The notes under the pieces: model-generated | Seen by the model: only the letters and a program-made list of their open reading frames with translations | Told to the model about the DNA's origin: nothing | The model's database searches: none | Position numbers and translations under genes: made by a program | NCBI GenBank assembly: GCA_964542025.1 | Contig: CAZISY010000004.1 | Coordinates: forward strand, 13,933-74,384 | Direction: 5' to 3' | Origin: an uncultured Verrucomicrobiota bacterium | GTDB taxonomy: Bacteria; Verrucomicrobiota; Kiritimatiellia; RZYC01 | Length of the DNA: 60,452 bases | Part shown: in pieces, positions 17,269 through 27,700 of the stretch | How the letters are laid out: each line of letters begins with the position of its first letter | Position numbering within the stretch: the first letter of the stretch is position 1

Positions 17269-18903
17269 ATGACGGAAGACCCCCGCGAACCCGAACTGCA
17301 TGAGGAACCCAAAGACCCCGCGGCCGATCAGCCTGCGAAGGAAACGCTTCATGACGCCATATCGCAGTTGCAGGATTTTCTGAAGGGCGCCAACATTCAA
17401 TTCATACCCTTCGGCCTGAACAGCGAGGCCCGCTCCAAAAAGGATGACGCCGCGCCGGAGCCGGAAATTCCCGTTGAAGATCTGCTCAAGCGTGTGCGTG
17501 AATTCAATCTCAAGCCCCGCGAGGTGAAAGATTATTTGGATCGCTTCGTGATTAAACAGGATGAAGCCAAAAAGGTGCTCTCCGTGGCGATTTGCGATCA
17601 CTACAACTACGTTCGTGAATGCCTCGACCATTCGGAGCTCGCGGAAAAGAACCACGTCAAATCCAACATTCTGCTGATGGGGCCGACCGGCGTGGGAAAA
17701 ACGTATCTCATGCGCTGCATTGCGCGCCTGATCGGTGTGCCGTTTGTGAAGGCGGATATTACGAAGTTCTCGGAAACCGGGTACGTCGGCTACGATGTGG
17801 AGGATATTGTTCGCGATCTTGTAAAACTGGCGGACGGCAATACCGACGTGGCGCAATACGGCATCATCTATATTGATGAAATCGATAAAATTGCCAGCCG
17901 CGGCACCGGCAGCGGCGGCAAGGATGTGAGCGGCCGCGGCGTACAGGTCAACCTGCTGAAACTGATGGAGGAAACCGACGTCAATCTGTTCAGCCAAACC
18001 GATATTGTCGGCCAGATGCGCGCCATGATGGATATGCAGCGCGGCAAACAGCAGCAGCGCACCATCAACACCCGCCACATACTCTTCATTGTCAGCGGGG
18101 CCTTTGATCAGCTGGCCGAGCAGGTGCGTAAGCGCGTCGAAAAATCCGCCATCGGCTTCGTCCCCGACTCCGGACGCATTGGCCGCGAAGCCTCCGAATA
18201 CCTCGGTCAAACATCAACCCGGGATTTCATCGACTACGGGTTCGAGCCGGAATTTATCGGACGCCTTCCCGTGCGGGTCGCCTGTGAACAACTGACACGC
18301 GATGATCTCGAACAGGTGCTGCTGAAATCAGAAGACAGCCTGCTGGATCAGTTCCGAGCGGATTTTCGCGGCTATGGCATTTCCATGGAAGTCGCCAAAG
18401 AAGCCATCGGGCAAATTGCCGAGCGAGCTTCGAAAGAAAAAACCGGCGCGCGCGGACTGATGACGGTTTTGGAATCCATCTTCCGCAATTTTAAATTTGA
18501 ACTGCCCTCCACCGCCGTCAAAACGCTCCTGCTCACCGCTGAGGCCGTTGAACAGCCTGAACGCGCGCTCGAAGGCCTGCTTTCGGAAACGAAACACGAA
18601 CAGGAGGCCCTCTGGCGCGAAGATGCCCGGCGTTTTGCCGCCCAACTCGGACGCGAAGACGGATTCGACATCCGCTTCGATGACGAGGCCATCGACCTCG
18701 TGCTTGCGCGAAGCCAGGAAGCCGGGAAAACGGTGCGGGGCTACTGCGAAGAACGTTTCAAAGATCTTTTATACGCTCTGAAACTGATCGCCCAGCGCAC
18801 AGGAAACACGGCGTTTACGCTGAACCGCGCACTGGTGGAAAATACCGACCGCGAAATTTCCGCCTGGGTCGTAGAAAGTTTCAAAACCGCCGGAGCGGAG
18901 TAA
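17269..18903 (+). CDS. ClpX-like AAA+ unfoldase lacking the N-terminal zinc-binding domain, with a C-terminal extension
   Basis: KPREVKDYLDRFVIKQDEAKKVLSVAICDHY, Walker A MGPTGVGKT, pore loop TGYVG, Walker B IIYIDEIDKI, IGF-like loop SAIGFVP, EFIGRLPV, and sensor-2 GARGL. There is no CxxC pair at the N-terminus. Confidence 0.75.
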   Translation: MTEDPREPELHEEPKDPAADQPAKETLHDAISQLQDFLKGANIQFIPFGLNSEARSKKDDAAPEPEIPVEDLLKRVREFNLKPREVKDYLDRFVIKQDEAKKVLSVAICDHYNYVRECLDHSELAEKNHVKSNILLMGPTGVGKTYLMRCIARLIGVPFVKADITKFSETGYVGYDVEDIVRDLVKLADGNTDVAQYGIIYIDEIDKIASRGTGSGGKDVSGRGVQVNLLKLMEETDVNLFSQTDIVGQMRAMMDMQRGKQQQRTINTRHILFIVSGAFDQLAEQVRKRVEKSAIGFVPDSGRIGREASEYLGQTSTRDFIDYGFEPEFIGRLPVRVACEQLTRDDLEQVLLKSEDSLLDQFRADFRGYGISMEVAKEAIGQIAERASKEKTGARGLMTVLESIFRNFKFELPSTAVKTLLLTAEAVEQPERALEGLLSETKHEQEALWREDARRFAAQLGREDGFDIRFDDEAIDLVLARSQEAGKTVRGYCEERFKDLLYALKLIAQRTGNTAFTLNRALVENTDREISAWVVESFKTAGAE

Positions 18904-18953
18904 TACGCCTCCGCGATCAACGTATTCTTTTCGCGTCATTCGCGTGGCGCGGT

Positions 18954-20252
18954 TCATCCGCAGATTTCACCGATGAGCGCAGCGGAGGAATCCGAAAGGC
19001 CGATTAACCGCACCGGAACAATGCGGCGGATATATTCGGGGCCGCCGGGAAACGTGATCGGAAAATAACGTTCGCCGTGTCCGGTGCAATACCCGTCGGT
19101 ATGCTGCTCCACCAGGACTTCCTCCCTCCGGCCGATCAGCGATTGATAATACCGTTCAGCCCAGACGGCGGACTGTTTTTCCAAACGCTGTGCGCGCTCC
19201 CGGGCCACTTCCGGCGGAACTTTGTTCGGCATCCGCGAGGCCGGCGTGCCGGGGCGATCCGAGTAGGGAAAAACGTGCATGGCGGCGAAGCCCGCTTCCT
19301 CGCATACGGCATGCGTGGCGGCGAAATCCTCTTCCGTCTCGCCGGGGAAGCCGGTGATGATGTCGGTGGTGAATGCCGGCTGATCCAGCGCCGCGCGAAA
19401 CCGCCGGATTGCGTCCAGAAACAGCTCCGCCGTGTAGCCCCGGCGCATGGCGGCCAGCGTGCGATTTGAACCGGATTGCAGCGGAAAATGCACATGCGGC
19501 ATCATGCGCGGTGTGGATGCCCATAGTTCCAGCAGCTCGCTGCTGGCCTCCTGCGGATGCAAACTCGACATGCGCAGACGGCGAACGCCGGGAATGTCCA
19601 GCAGGGCGCGAAGCACATCCGCAAGCGTGGGTCCGCCCCGGATGCCGTAGAGTCCCACCGAAACACCCGACACCACGAACTCGCTGTAGCCGTGCTTCAC
19701 CAGATTTTCCGCTTCGCTTACGATAGCCTCGAAGGGGGTATCGCGCGGGGCGCCGCGAAGCCGCGGAACGATGCAGTAGGTGCAGCCGATCGAACAGCCA
19801 TCCTGAATTTTCAGAAAGGCCCGTTTGTGGCCGGTGAAGTGATCCAGTCTGATGGGCGCGGCATTGGTGTTCTGTTCGGGCAGCGAAAAGTGACGCCGCA
19901 CCGCCGCATCGATTTCCGCCGGCAGGTGTTCGCCCGGCGCCATGGCGAGGCAGCGCTCTTTTGCGGCATCGAACCCCGGCAGCGCCGCACCGCAACCCGA
20001 CATGATAAGGAGGGCGCCGGGATGATCCGCGCGGAGCCGACGCAGTATTTGCCGGGATTTGCGCATGGCGAGATTCGTCACCCCGCAGGCATGTACCACG
20101 GCAACGTCCGCGCATGCCCCGTCTTCCGCCGGGAGGAACCCCGCGCGCTGCAAAACATGCTCAATCTGACAGGCCTCGTACTGATTGACTTTGCAACCCA
20201 ATACGCGAACACAGTAACGAAGCGGCGCAGAGGATGTATGATCGATGTCCAT
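18954..20252 (-). CDS. mtaB: Radical-SAM methylthiotransferase (MtaB/MiaB family)
   Basis: N-terminal LGCKVNQYE, radical-SAM CSIGCTYCIVP, and a C-terminal TRAM-like region. ATG 20252 is preferred over 20366. Confidence 0.75.
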   Translation of the reverse strand: MDIDHTSSAPLRYCVRVLGCKVNQYEACQIEHVLQRAGFLPAEDGACADVAVVHACGVTNLAMRKSRQILRRLRADHPGALLIMSGCGAALPGFDAAKERCLAMAPGEHLPAEIDAAVRRHFSLPEQNTNAAPIRLDHFTGHKRAFLKIQDGCSIGCTYCIVPRLRGAPRDTPFEAIVSEAENLVKHGYSEFVVSGVSVGLYGIRGGPTLADVLRALLDIPGVRRLRMSSLHPQEASSELLELWASTPRMMPHVHFPLQSGSNRTLAAMRRGYTAELFLDAIRRFRAALDQPAFTTDIITGFPGETEEDFAATHAVCEEAGFAAMHVFPYSDRPGTPASRMPNKVPPEVARERAQRLEKQSAVWAERYYQSLIGRREEVLVEQHTDGYCTGHGERYFPITFPGGPEYIRRIVPVRLIGLSDSSAALIGEICG

Positions 20253-20418
20253 GCCGCCGGGTATACCATGACTGCTCCGCCGCAATGCAAGCGGGAACAC
20301 AGGGAGAGTGCAACACCGATTGAGCGTTTCTCCATGAGCGCCCCGCAAAAGAAACGTGACGTTCAAAAGAAAACGGCGGCATTGCTGCCGCCGTTTTCAT
20401 GCTGAGAAGAATGTGTGC

Positions 20419-21375
20419 TTATTTCTTCAGGAAGGCGCGAATGGAATCAAGCTGTCCGGCGCTTCCGAGGACCGTGTTTTTGTGGGCGATGTATTTCGCG
20501 TACTCGGACATGAAGACCTTGCCGAACGGGCGCAGATCGAACACTTCGGGTTGGTCGCGGAATCCTTCGCGGTGAACGCGGCACCACACCAGGCGGCCAT
20601 CGGTATCAATGTTGATTTTGGTAACGCCGAGTTTGGCGGCCGGGAGGAACTGATTTTCATCGACACCCTTGGCACCGCCGAGTTTGCCGCCGGCGGCGTT
20701 GATACGCGCCACTTCGTCCTGCGGGACGGAGCTGGAGCCGTGCATCACCAGCGGGAAGCCGGGGAGGCGTTTTTGAATTTCTTCGAGTACGTCAAAGTGG
20801 AGACCCTGGCTGCCGGAGAATTTGAACGCACCGTGGGAGGTTCCGATGGCGCAGGCGAGGCTGTCGCATCCGCTGCGCTGAACGAATTCACGGGCCTGAT
20901 TGGGGTCGGTCAGTTTGGCATCGGCTTCGCTGACTTTCACATGTTCTTCGACGCCGCCGAGCTGGCCGAGTTCGGCTTCCACGACGATGCCCTTGGCATG
21001 GGCGGCATCGGCCACGCGCTTGGTGATGGCGATGTTTTCATCGAAGGGGGCGTGGGAAGCGTCGATCATGACGGAGCTGTAGAATCCGCTGTTGATGCAG
21101 TCGAAGCAGGTTTCTTCATCGCCGTGGTCCAGATGGACGGCGAAGATGGAGTCGGGGAAAATTTCATCGGCGGCGCGGATCATGGCTTCGAGGAGGCGTT
21201 TGTCGGTGTAGGAACGGGCGCCCTTGGAAAGCTGAATGATGAAGGGGGCTTTGCTGTCCATATTGCCGCGGAACATGCCCATGATTTGTTCGGCGTTATT
21301 GATGTTGTAGGCGCCGATGGCATATTTCCCGTATGCGTGTTCAAAGAGTTTCTTGGTTGATACAATCATGGTCAT
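20419..21375 (-). CDS. fba: Class II fructose-bisphosphate aldolase
   Basis: AIGAYNINN, VHLDHG, EAELG, AIGTSHGAFKF and LVMHGSS are all present. Confidence 0.9.
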   Translation of the reverse strand: MTMIVSTKKLFEHAYGKYAIGAYNINNAEQIMGMFRGNMDSKAPFIIQLSKGARSYTDKRLLEAMIRAADEIFPDSIFAVHLDHGDEETCFDCINSGFYSSVMIDASHAPFDENIAITKRVADAAHAKGIVVEAELGQLGGVEEHVKVSEADAKLTDPNQAREFVQRSGCDSLACAIGTSHGAFKFSGSQGLHFDVLEEIQKRLPGFPLVMHGSSSVPQDEVARINAAGGKLGGAKGVDENQFLPAAKLGVTKINIDTDGRLVWCRVHREGFRDQPEVFDLRPFGKVFMSEYAKYIAHKNTVLGSAGQLDSIRAFLKK

Positions 21376-21473
21376 TTCTCCTTTATTGTGTAGAGGCCGC
21401 CGGGGCCGTGTTGAAAAAGCGGGTTCTTTCTATCGGGGTTTGAAAGGTGAGTCAATATAATTGGCCGCGCGGT

Positions 21474-21683
21474 TTAGGCGTCTTTTTTTGTCTGGTCGCC
21501 GGGGTCTTCTCTGGTGAGCTCTTTAATCACTTCGTCTTTACCGCGTTTAAATTCGCTGAGGCTTTTTCCGAGGGCCCGGGCCAGTTCGGGCAGTTTTTTG
21601 GAGCCGAAGAGCAGAAGGGCCACGAGCAATACGACGAGAATCTCCATCCAGCCGACTTGTCCAAATGCCAGACACGGGTTCAT
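21474..21683 (-). CDS. tatA: Twin-arginine translocase subunit TatA/E
   Basis: 69 aa: [42 protein letters not shown]. Confidence 0.85.
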   Translation of the reverse strand: MNPCLAFGQVGWMEILVVLLVALLLFGSKKLPELARALGKSLSEFKRGKDEVIKELTREDPGDQTKKDA

Positions 21684-21796
21684 GGGGTACCTCTCTTTCC
21701 GATAGAATGATGGCGGAATCTAGGAGGTTTTTGTTGAAAAGTAAACTAATTGGTTGGATAACCGCGTGACAAAGAGCGTCGGCATCGGCAGGCGGC

Positions 21797-22603
21797 ATGA
21801 GGCCAAAGGCGGTGGATGAACATCCGGGAACGCCGGGAAGAGCGGGGATAATCAAGATGGTACAGGCAAAGCGGACAATCGGGGATGGCGGGTCGGCGGC
21901 AGTTGCGGGGAGTCCGGGGGTTCGTCCGCGTTTTGCGGGTTTTATCCGGGGGTTGCTGCCGCTGCTGCTGTTTTTGTTTTTGGCGGGCTATTTTCTGCGC
22001 GCGGCGCTTCCGGAGCCGTCGATGCCCCGCACCGTGGCGGGCCTGATACTGGTTGCGCTTTGCACGGGACTGGCCGTGGCGATGTACGCCGGGGAGCGGC
22101 GTACGGCGGCTTATTTCAAGGGGGCGCTGGGCGAGGAAGAGGTCGCCCGGGCTCTTCACCGGTTGCCGGCCGGCTATACGGTATTTCACGGGTTGCTGCC
22201 GCGCGGCGCGAAGACGGATCTGGACCATGTGGTGGTCGGGCCGACGGGGATTTTTGTGGTGGAAACCAAAAATTGGGCGGGTGCGATCACGGTCAGCGGG
22301 CAGGAGGTGCTGTACAACGGGCAGCGTCCGGATCGCGCGCCGCTGGAACAGGTGAAGGAGGCGGCTGGATGCCTCCACCGGGCGCTGGGTGACGGCGTTT
22401 CGCAGGCGTGGACGGTTCGCGCGGTGATTTGTTTTGCGGGGGGTAATTTGCAGTCCGGTGCGCAGGGGGTGGCCGGTGTGATGCTGTGCGGCCCGGACGA
22501 TCTTCCCGGGTTGCTGGTCGAGGGCGGCGGGGATGCGCTGAGCGCAACGGAAGTGAACGCGCTGGTGGAGCGTTTAAAGCAGATGGACAGGAGGGGTGCA
22601 TGA
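21797..22603 (+). CDS. Membrane-anchored NERD (nuclease-related) domain protein
   Basis: Two TM helices, then GALGEEEVARALHRLPAGYTVFHGL...DLDHVVVGPTGIFVVETKNW, which is characteristic of NERD. The start is uncertain (21797 or 21857). Confidence 0.7.
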   Translation: MRPKAVDEHPGTPGRAGIIKMVQAKRTIGDGGSAAVAGSPGVRPRFAGFIRGLLPLLLFLFLAGYFLRAALPEPSMPRTVAGLILVALCTGLAVAMYAGERRTAAYFKGALGEEEVARALHRLPAGYTVFHGLLPRGAKTDLDHVVVGPTGIFVVETKNWAGAITVSGQEVLYNGQRPDRAPLEQVKEAAGCLHRALGDGVSQAWTVRAVICFAGGNLQSGAQGVAGVMLCGPDDLPGLLVEGGGDALSATEVNALVERLKQMDRRGA

Positions 22604-23160
22604 TCAATGCGGTGATTCCTTTGGTAAACGGGGTGGAAGAGATGGAGGCGGTCATCACGGCGGACGTGCTGCGGCGCGCCCAGTGGGATGTGGTGACGGC
22701 GGGATTGCAGGAGGGGGTGGTAACGGCGTCGCGCGGGATGCAGCTGGTGCCGGACCATCTGCTGGATGATCTGGATCCGGATCAGTTTGATTTGCTGGTG
22801 ATTCCGGGCGGGTCGGCCGGCGTGGAGCGTCTGTGCCGCAGTGAGCTGCTGAAGCGCTGGGTTTCGGATTTTGGCGGGCAGGGCAAGCGGCTGGCGGCGA
22901 TTTGTGCAGGACCGAAGGTGCTGGCGGCGGCGGGCGTACTGACGGGGCATCGCTACACCTGTTTTCCCGGGGGGCAGGCGGAAATCCACGGTGCCGAATG
23001 GGTGGATGAACCTTTTGTGGCGGACGGCGTGATTTTTACCAGTCAGGCAGCAGGAACCACGTTTTTATTTGCATTGCGGCTGATTGAATTGATTGAAAGC
23101 CCGGAAAAGGCACAACGGATTGCCCGCGGGATGTATTACGACTATCGTCCGATGAAGTAA
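22600..23160 (+). CDS. DJ-1/PfpI (ThiJ) family protein
   Basis: VIPLVNGVEEMEAVITADVLRRA, LLVIPGG, and nucleophile-elbow AAICAGP. The start forms an ATGA overlap with the NERD gene stop. Confidence 0.8.
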   Translation: MINAVIPLVNGVEEMEAVITADVLRRAQWDVVTAGLQEGVVTASRGMQLVPDHLLDDLDPDQFDLLVIPGGSAGVERLCRSELLKRWVSDFGGQGKRLAAICAGPKVLAAAGVLTGHRYTCFPGGQAEIHGAEWVDEPFVADGVIFTSQAAGTTFLFALRLIELIESPEKAQRIARGMYYDYRPMK

Positions 23161-23355
23161 TGGGCAATCAGACCCCGCCGCGGGTTTGCGGGGCATACGG
23201 GAGAATGGATATGGCGGCCCGCCGGTTTATCCGGTCGTAGTAACTTAAAAACGTACTTCCGACATAAAAAACGAGATTTCTACCACCCGCCGGCGCTGGA
23301 GGGCACGGAGTTCACGGAGCAGCAAGACGCAAGGGATGTCATACGCAGATTGCAC

Positions 23356-23443
23356 AGCCCGCTCTCCGAGCGTAGCCCTTCTTCTTCTCATCCTCCGCGT
23401 GACAACTTTTTGGGAGGCCCGCGCTCGGAGAGCGAGGGCCTAC
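23356..23443. repeat. Palindromic intergenic repeat, copy A
   Basis: CGCTCTCCGAGCG (23360-23372) and its exact complement CGCTCGGAGAGCG (23422-23434) flank a 49-nt loop. The arms and flanks (..AGCCC.. / ..GGCCTAC) recur at 45893-45971. Confidence 0.8.
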
Positions 23444-23696
23444 TTGAATTCCGATTTGTGGTCGGGGTGCCTGCCTGTGCGTGGCACGCAGACAGGGAAC
23501 CCGCCCCTCCAGTAAAACAAATTCCCCAAATCGCGCAGCGATTTTCACTAAAGCGGGCAGAAATCAAACGGTTGACACAGAATCAAACGACGGAAGAATC
23601 ACGGCATGTTCATTGGGTTGCGGGGCACCCGCTTTAGACAGGAAAAGGCGTCAACAAGCGGTTGCCCTTGTGGAAGGGACGTGGTAGATTCGTACT

Positions 23697-24773
23697 GTGA
23701 AAAAGGTACGCCAATCTACGTGGCTCGAATTTTCGGCGGTGCTGTGTCTTGCATCGGCAGCGCTAATTCCCGCAGCATGTCACAATGAGTTGCCGCCCAA
23801 AACATTGCCCGGATCAACAGATGGTTCTGCGGAGCGAACGTTTCCCAATGTGATTGCGGAAGGAACAGGCCGCGTTTTGGTGGTACACAGTTATCATCCG
23901 GAATATGCCTGGTGTACGGAGATTACGCAGGGGTTGTCGCGCGGATGGCGTGGTGCGGCGCTGGATGTGCAGTATGCTTACATGGATACCAAGCGCCACA
24001 CGGAGGAGGCGTGGAAGAGGCGGGCCGGCCGGGAGGTGCTGAGTCGGCTGGAGACGAACCGTCCGGACGTGGTGGTGCTGGTGGATGATGATGCCCAGCA
24101 GTATGTGGGTATGGCACTGGTGGACACCGATTTGCCGGTGGTATTCTGCGGGGTGAATGCCGACCCGACGGTGTATGGATATCCGGCGCGCAATGTGACC
24201 GGATTCATCGAGCGGCCGCCACTGGAAGAGGGCGTGGCCTTTTTGCGCCGGTTCAGACCGTGCCGGCGAATAGCGTTTCTGAGCAATGACGACAACACAT
24301 CGCGCGGGGCGCTGGTGTATTCCAAAAATGCGTACTTCGGGGAGTCGATTGTGGAGTGGCGTTTGCTGGAAACCTTCAGCAGCTGGAAGAGGCAGATCCT
24401 GGAATACAATGAAACCATGGATGGCATTCTGCTTTATACCTACCACACCCTGAAGGACGGGGAGGGCCGCTGGGTTGATCCTTCCGAGGTAATGGCGTGG
24501 ACCCGCAACGAAGCGAAAATTCCGATTCTCGGGTTTTTTGAATTTTGTGTTCAGGACGGGGCGGCGCTGGGCGTGGTGGAGTCGGGTGAGGAGATTGGGG
24601 AGAAGGCCGCGGATTATGTGCTGCGCATTCTTTCGGGGGTTTCTCCGGGCGATTTGCCGGTCACACGGAACACCCATTACCGCTATATGGTCAACGCGGA
24701 GACCGCCCGAAAGATCAAATTGGAATGTCCTCCGGCGCTGCTGGAGGGGGTTGAAGTGATGGGGGTGAAGTGA
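23697..24773 (+). CDS. Lipoprotein resembling the ABC-transporter substrate-binding fold (PF04392-like), probable periplasmic sensor partner
   Basis: GTG start. Signal peptide/lipobox LIPAAC. VLVVHSYHPEYAWCTEITQGL and VVFCGVNADP are typical of this family. The stop overlaps the start of the kinase gene. Confidence 0.6.
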   Translation: MKKVRQSTWLEFSAVLCLASAALIPAACHNELPPKTLPGSTDGSAERTFPNVIAEGTGRVLVVHSYHPEYAWCTEITQGLSRGWRGAALDVQYAYMDTKRHTEEAWKRRAGREVLSRLETNRPDVVVLVDDDAQQYVGMALVDTDLPVVFCGVNADPTVYGYPARNVTGFIERPPLEEGVAFLRRFRPCRRIAFLSNDDNTSRGALVYSKNAYFGESIVEWRLLETFSSWKRQILEYNETMDGILLYTYHTLKDGEGRWVDPSEVMAWTRNEAKIPILGFFEFCVQDGAALGVVESGEEIGEKAADYVLRILSGVSPGDLPVTRNTHYRYMVNAETARKIKLECPPALLEGVEVMGVK

Positions 24774-27700
24774 TGGCACGCCGTATTTCCATCTTTGTGC
24801 TGTGCGTGGTGCTGCTGGCCAATTTGTGCATGTCGGTCCTGATTGGCATGAATCTGCTGAGCCGCACCGTGGATTATGTGGACAATGAGGGCGCCGAAGT
24901 TTCGCAGACCGGTGCGCGGCTGTTTGAATATGTGATCGATAATTCCCTGCGTAACGGCATTTTTTCCGAGGAGGATTACTTCCGGGAGGGGCCCCAATAC
25001 GATGAAGACGGCCGCCTTGTTCCGCTGAAATACATGCAGTACCTTTCCCGCAATCTGCAGGGAAACATCGCGGGGTTGCTTCAAAATGCCCCGATTTACT
25101 ACGCCTACGGACTGAACCGGACGGGCGATTTGATTGTTCACAGCACACCCGACCGCCAGGCGGAGGTCGGCCGGTTTCAGCGGGAGCTCAAAACTCCCGA
25201 GTCCCTGCCCAACGGGGGCGAAAAGGTTCGGTGGACGGGCGATGGCGGGGTGGATTATTACGACTACGCACAGCCGATTTATGTGCGCGACCGCTATTGG
25301 GGCGCTTTTCACGCCGGGATTCCGGTGAATTACATTGTACAGCGGGTGTGGGCGGAAGTGCTGCGCATGCTTTTTTATTCGCTGGCCGTGGCACTGCTGT
25401 GTGCGTGGCTGGTGTATCTCGCGGTGAAGCATTGGATGCACCCGCTGCAGACACTGATCAGCGATGCCAAACGACTGGCTGGCGGCGATATGGCCGTAAT
25501 GTCGCCGTACGGAAACAACCGCGACGAGGTGGGGATGCTGGCGAGGGCCTTCAATGGCATGTCGGCGACCATCCGAATCAGCATGAATTATTTGGAAAAC
25601 CAGGTGGAGGAACGAACGGCGGGATTGAATGCGCTGATTGACAACAGCCCGGCGGGCCTTCTGCTGGTGGATGAAAAAAACCGGGTGGTGGTTCGCGTGA
25701 ATCAGGCCACGTGCCGTCTGATGAATGCGTCTCAGGAGGATTTGGAGGGAAAAACCTTCGAGGAACTTTTCGGGCAGCAGGAACAACTCATTCGCCTGAT
25801 CGACGGGGCGTCGCACGCCGCATCGGAACTGGTGCTGCGTCCGCTTCACGGCGAGGGGGTTGAGGTGCTGGCCCGGCAGGTACGCACCACCATGGACGGG
25901 ATGGCGTATCGGATGATCATTCTGCTGGATGTGACGGACCAGAACAAGGCGTGGCGCGCGCTGGAAGAGACGGAAAAACGTTACCGTCAATTGATCATTC
26001 AATTGAACACGGCCATTTTAGTGATCGGCGCGGATCATCGGGTGCAGATCATCAACCAAAGCGCCATGAAGCTGCTTCGCCTGAATGTGGGCGTGATTGG
26101 AAAGCGCTATGATGAGCTGGACTGGGGAGAGGCGTCCGATGAAAATGGAGCGGGCGACTCGGATCGGCTGGCGGAACTGATCCGGAGCGTGGTGCGCGGG
26201 CGGATGTCGGTCTTCAACCGCCTGATTGAGCTGCGTCCGTGCGGGGCGGATGCGCCCGGACGCCATTGGGCGCTGGCCGGCGCTGTGCCGCTGTATGACG
26301 AGGAGGGAGAGCTGGCGCAGGTGACGATCTCGCTGAATGACGTCAGCGAACTGAAGCAGATGCAGGAGGAATACCGGACGCTTTCCGAGAAGCGGCGGGA
26401 ACTGGAATCCATCATTGAGCACAGCGACATGACCGTGCTTCTGATTCAGCTGCGGCCGGTGCGTTTGGAGTACATTTCCTCCAACGTGATGCAATACGGG
26501 TATGCGCCGGAGGCATTCGGAAAGGATGCCCGCCTGATTCTGCGGATGGTGGCGCACGAGGACCGTTCCGCCGTGGTGGATTTGGTGCAGCGGCTGCGCG
26601 CAGGCCACTGCGGCTATGAACGGCTGATCTTCCGCATTGAATCGCCGGATGGGACCCAGCGCTGGGTGGAAGCCGGACTGTGGGCGCGCGAGAGCGAAGG
26701 GCGGGGCGTGACTCATATCCAGGCGATCTTCACCAACATCACCGAACGGAAAATGCTGGAAGATGAAGTGTCCCGGGCCTACACGGTCATACAGAATATG
26801 CCGGACCCCATCTTCTTTGTGGATGCGCAGCAGCACATCACCTATGCCAACATTGCCTGTCGCCGAATATTCGGGCTTTCCGACGGCAAACCGGATCATG
26901 CCGCCATGCAGACCATGCTGAAACGCCCGGAGATCGCCCGAATGATTGGACAGCCGGCGGACGGCGGGGAGAGCGAGGGCGTTGAAATCACAATGTCCAT
27001 GCCCGACGCCTCGGAGCGGCAGGTGCTTATCCGGGCGATTTCGCTGGTTGGTGAAACCGCGGAACAAAACGGCATTGGCATCATCTTCAACGATCTCACC
27101 GCAGTGCGCGCGGCGGAAAGCGAGCGGAAGCTGTTGGAGGCGCGCTATTTTCAATCGCAGAAGCTGGAGTCCATCGGCCAGCTGGCGGCGGGCATTGCCC
27201 ATGAAATCAATACGCCGAGTCAGTTTGTGGGGGATAATCTCCGGTTTTTGCAGGACACGTTTCGGGATTTGCTGCCGGTGTACGAGATGTACAGGGACTG
27301 TGTGCGTAAGCATGCGGATGTACTGCCGGAGGCGGGTGAATTGCAGGAAAAAAATCAGGAAGCCGACGTGGAATATCTGTTTGAAGAAGCGCCCAAGGCC
27401 ATCAGCCAATCGCTCGATGGCATTCAACGCATTTCGGATATTGTTCGGGCGATGAAGGAATTTTCCCATCCGGGCAGCAGCGAGATGCAGTCGGTGGATT
27501 TGAACCACGCCATCCGCAATACCGTGGCCGTGGCGCGCAATGAATGGAAGTATTTTTCGGAGATGGTGCTGAAGCTGGATGACAAACTGCCGCCGGTTCC
27601 CTGTCTCGTGGGCGAGTTTAATCAGGTGATTCTGAACCTGATCGTCAACTCGGCTCATGCCATCAAGGAGAAGGTCGGCATTGAGGGACAGGGCAAGGGG

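Noticed and set aside
14895-18210. Three long minus-strand ORFs (14895-16199, 16016-17251, 17233-18210)
   Set aside because: They are antisense to the beta-CASP nuclease, era and clpX-like genes, all of which have strong motif support on the plus strand.
20356-21360. 334-aa plus-strand ORF
   Set aside because: It is antisense to class II aldolase (fba). The translation is Gly/Ala/Asp/Phe-rich and low-complexity.
23482-23497. TGGCAC motif in the gap upstream of the signalling cluster as a sigma-54 promoter
   Set aside because: The downstream element reads CAGG rather than TTGC/GC at the -12 position. Other TGGCAC occurrences (e.g. 11931, 41447, 47203, 53131) likewise fail at -12.
23339-23788. 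Small ORFs (60-95 aa) inside the 536-nt gap
   Set aside because: They run through the palindromic repeat, have odd Ser/Pro/Arg composition and lack an RBS. The region is better explained as non-coding. I recognised no riboswitch consensus; there is only a weak 'GACGCAAGGG' resemblance to GEMM-I.
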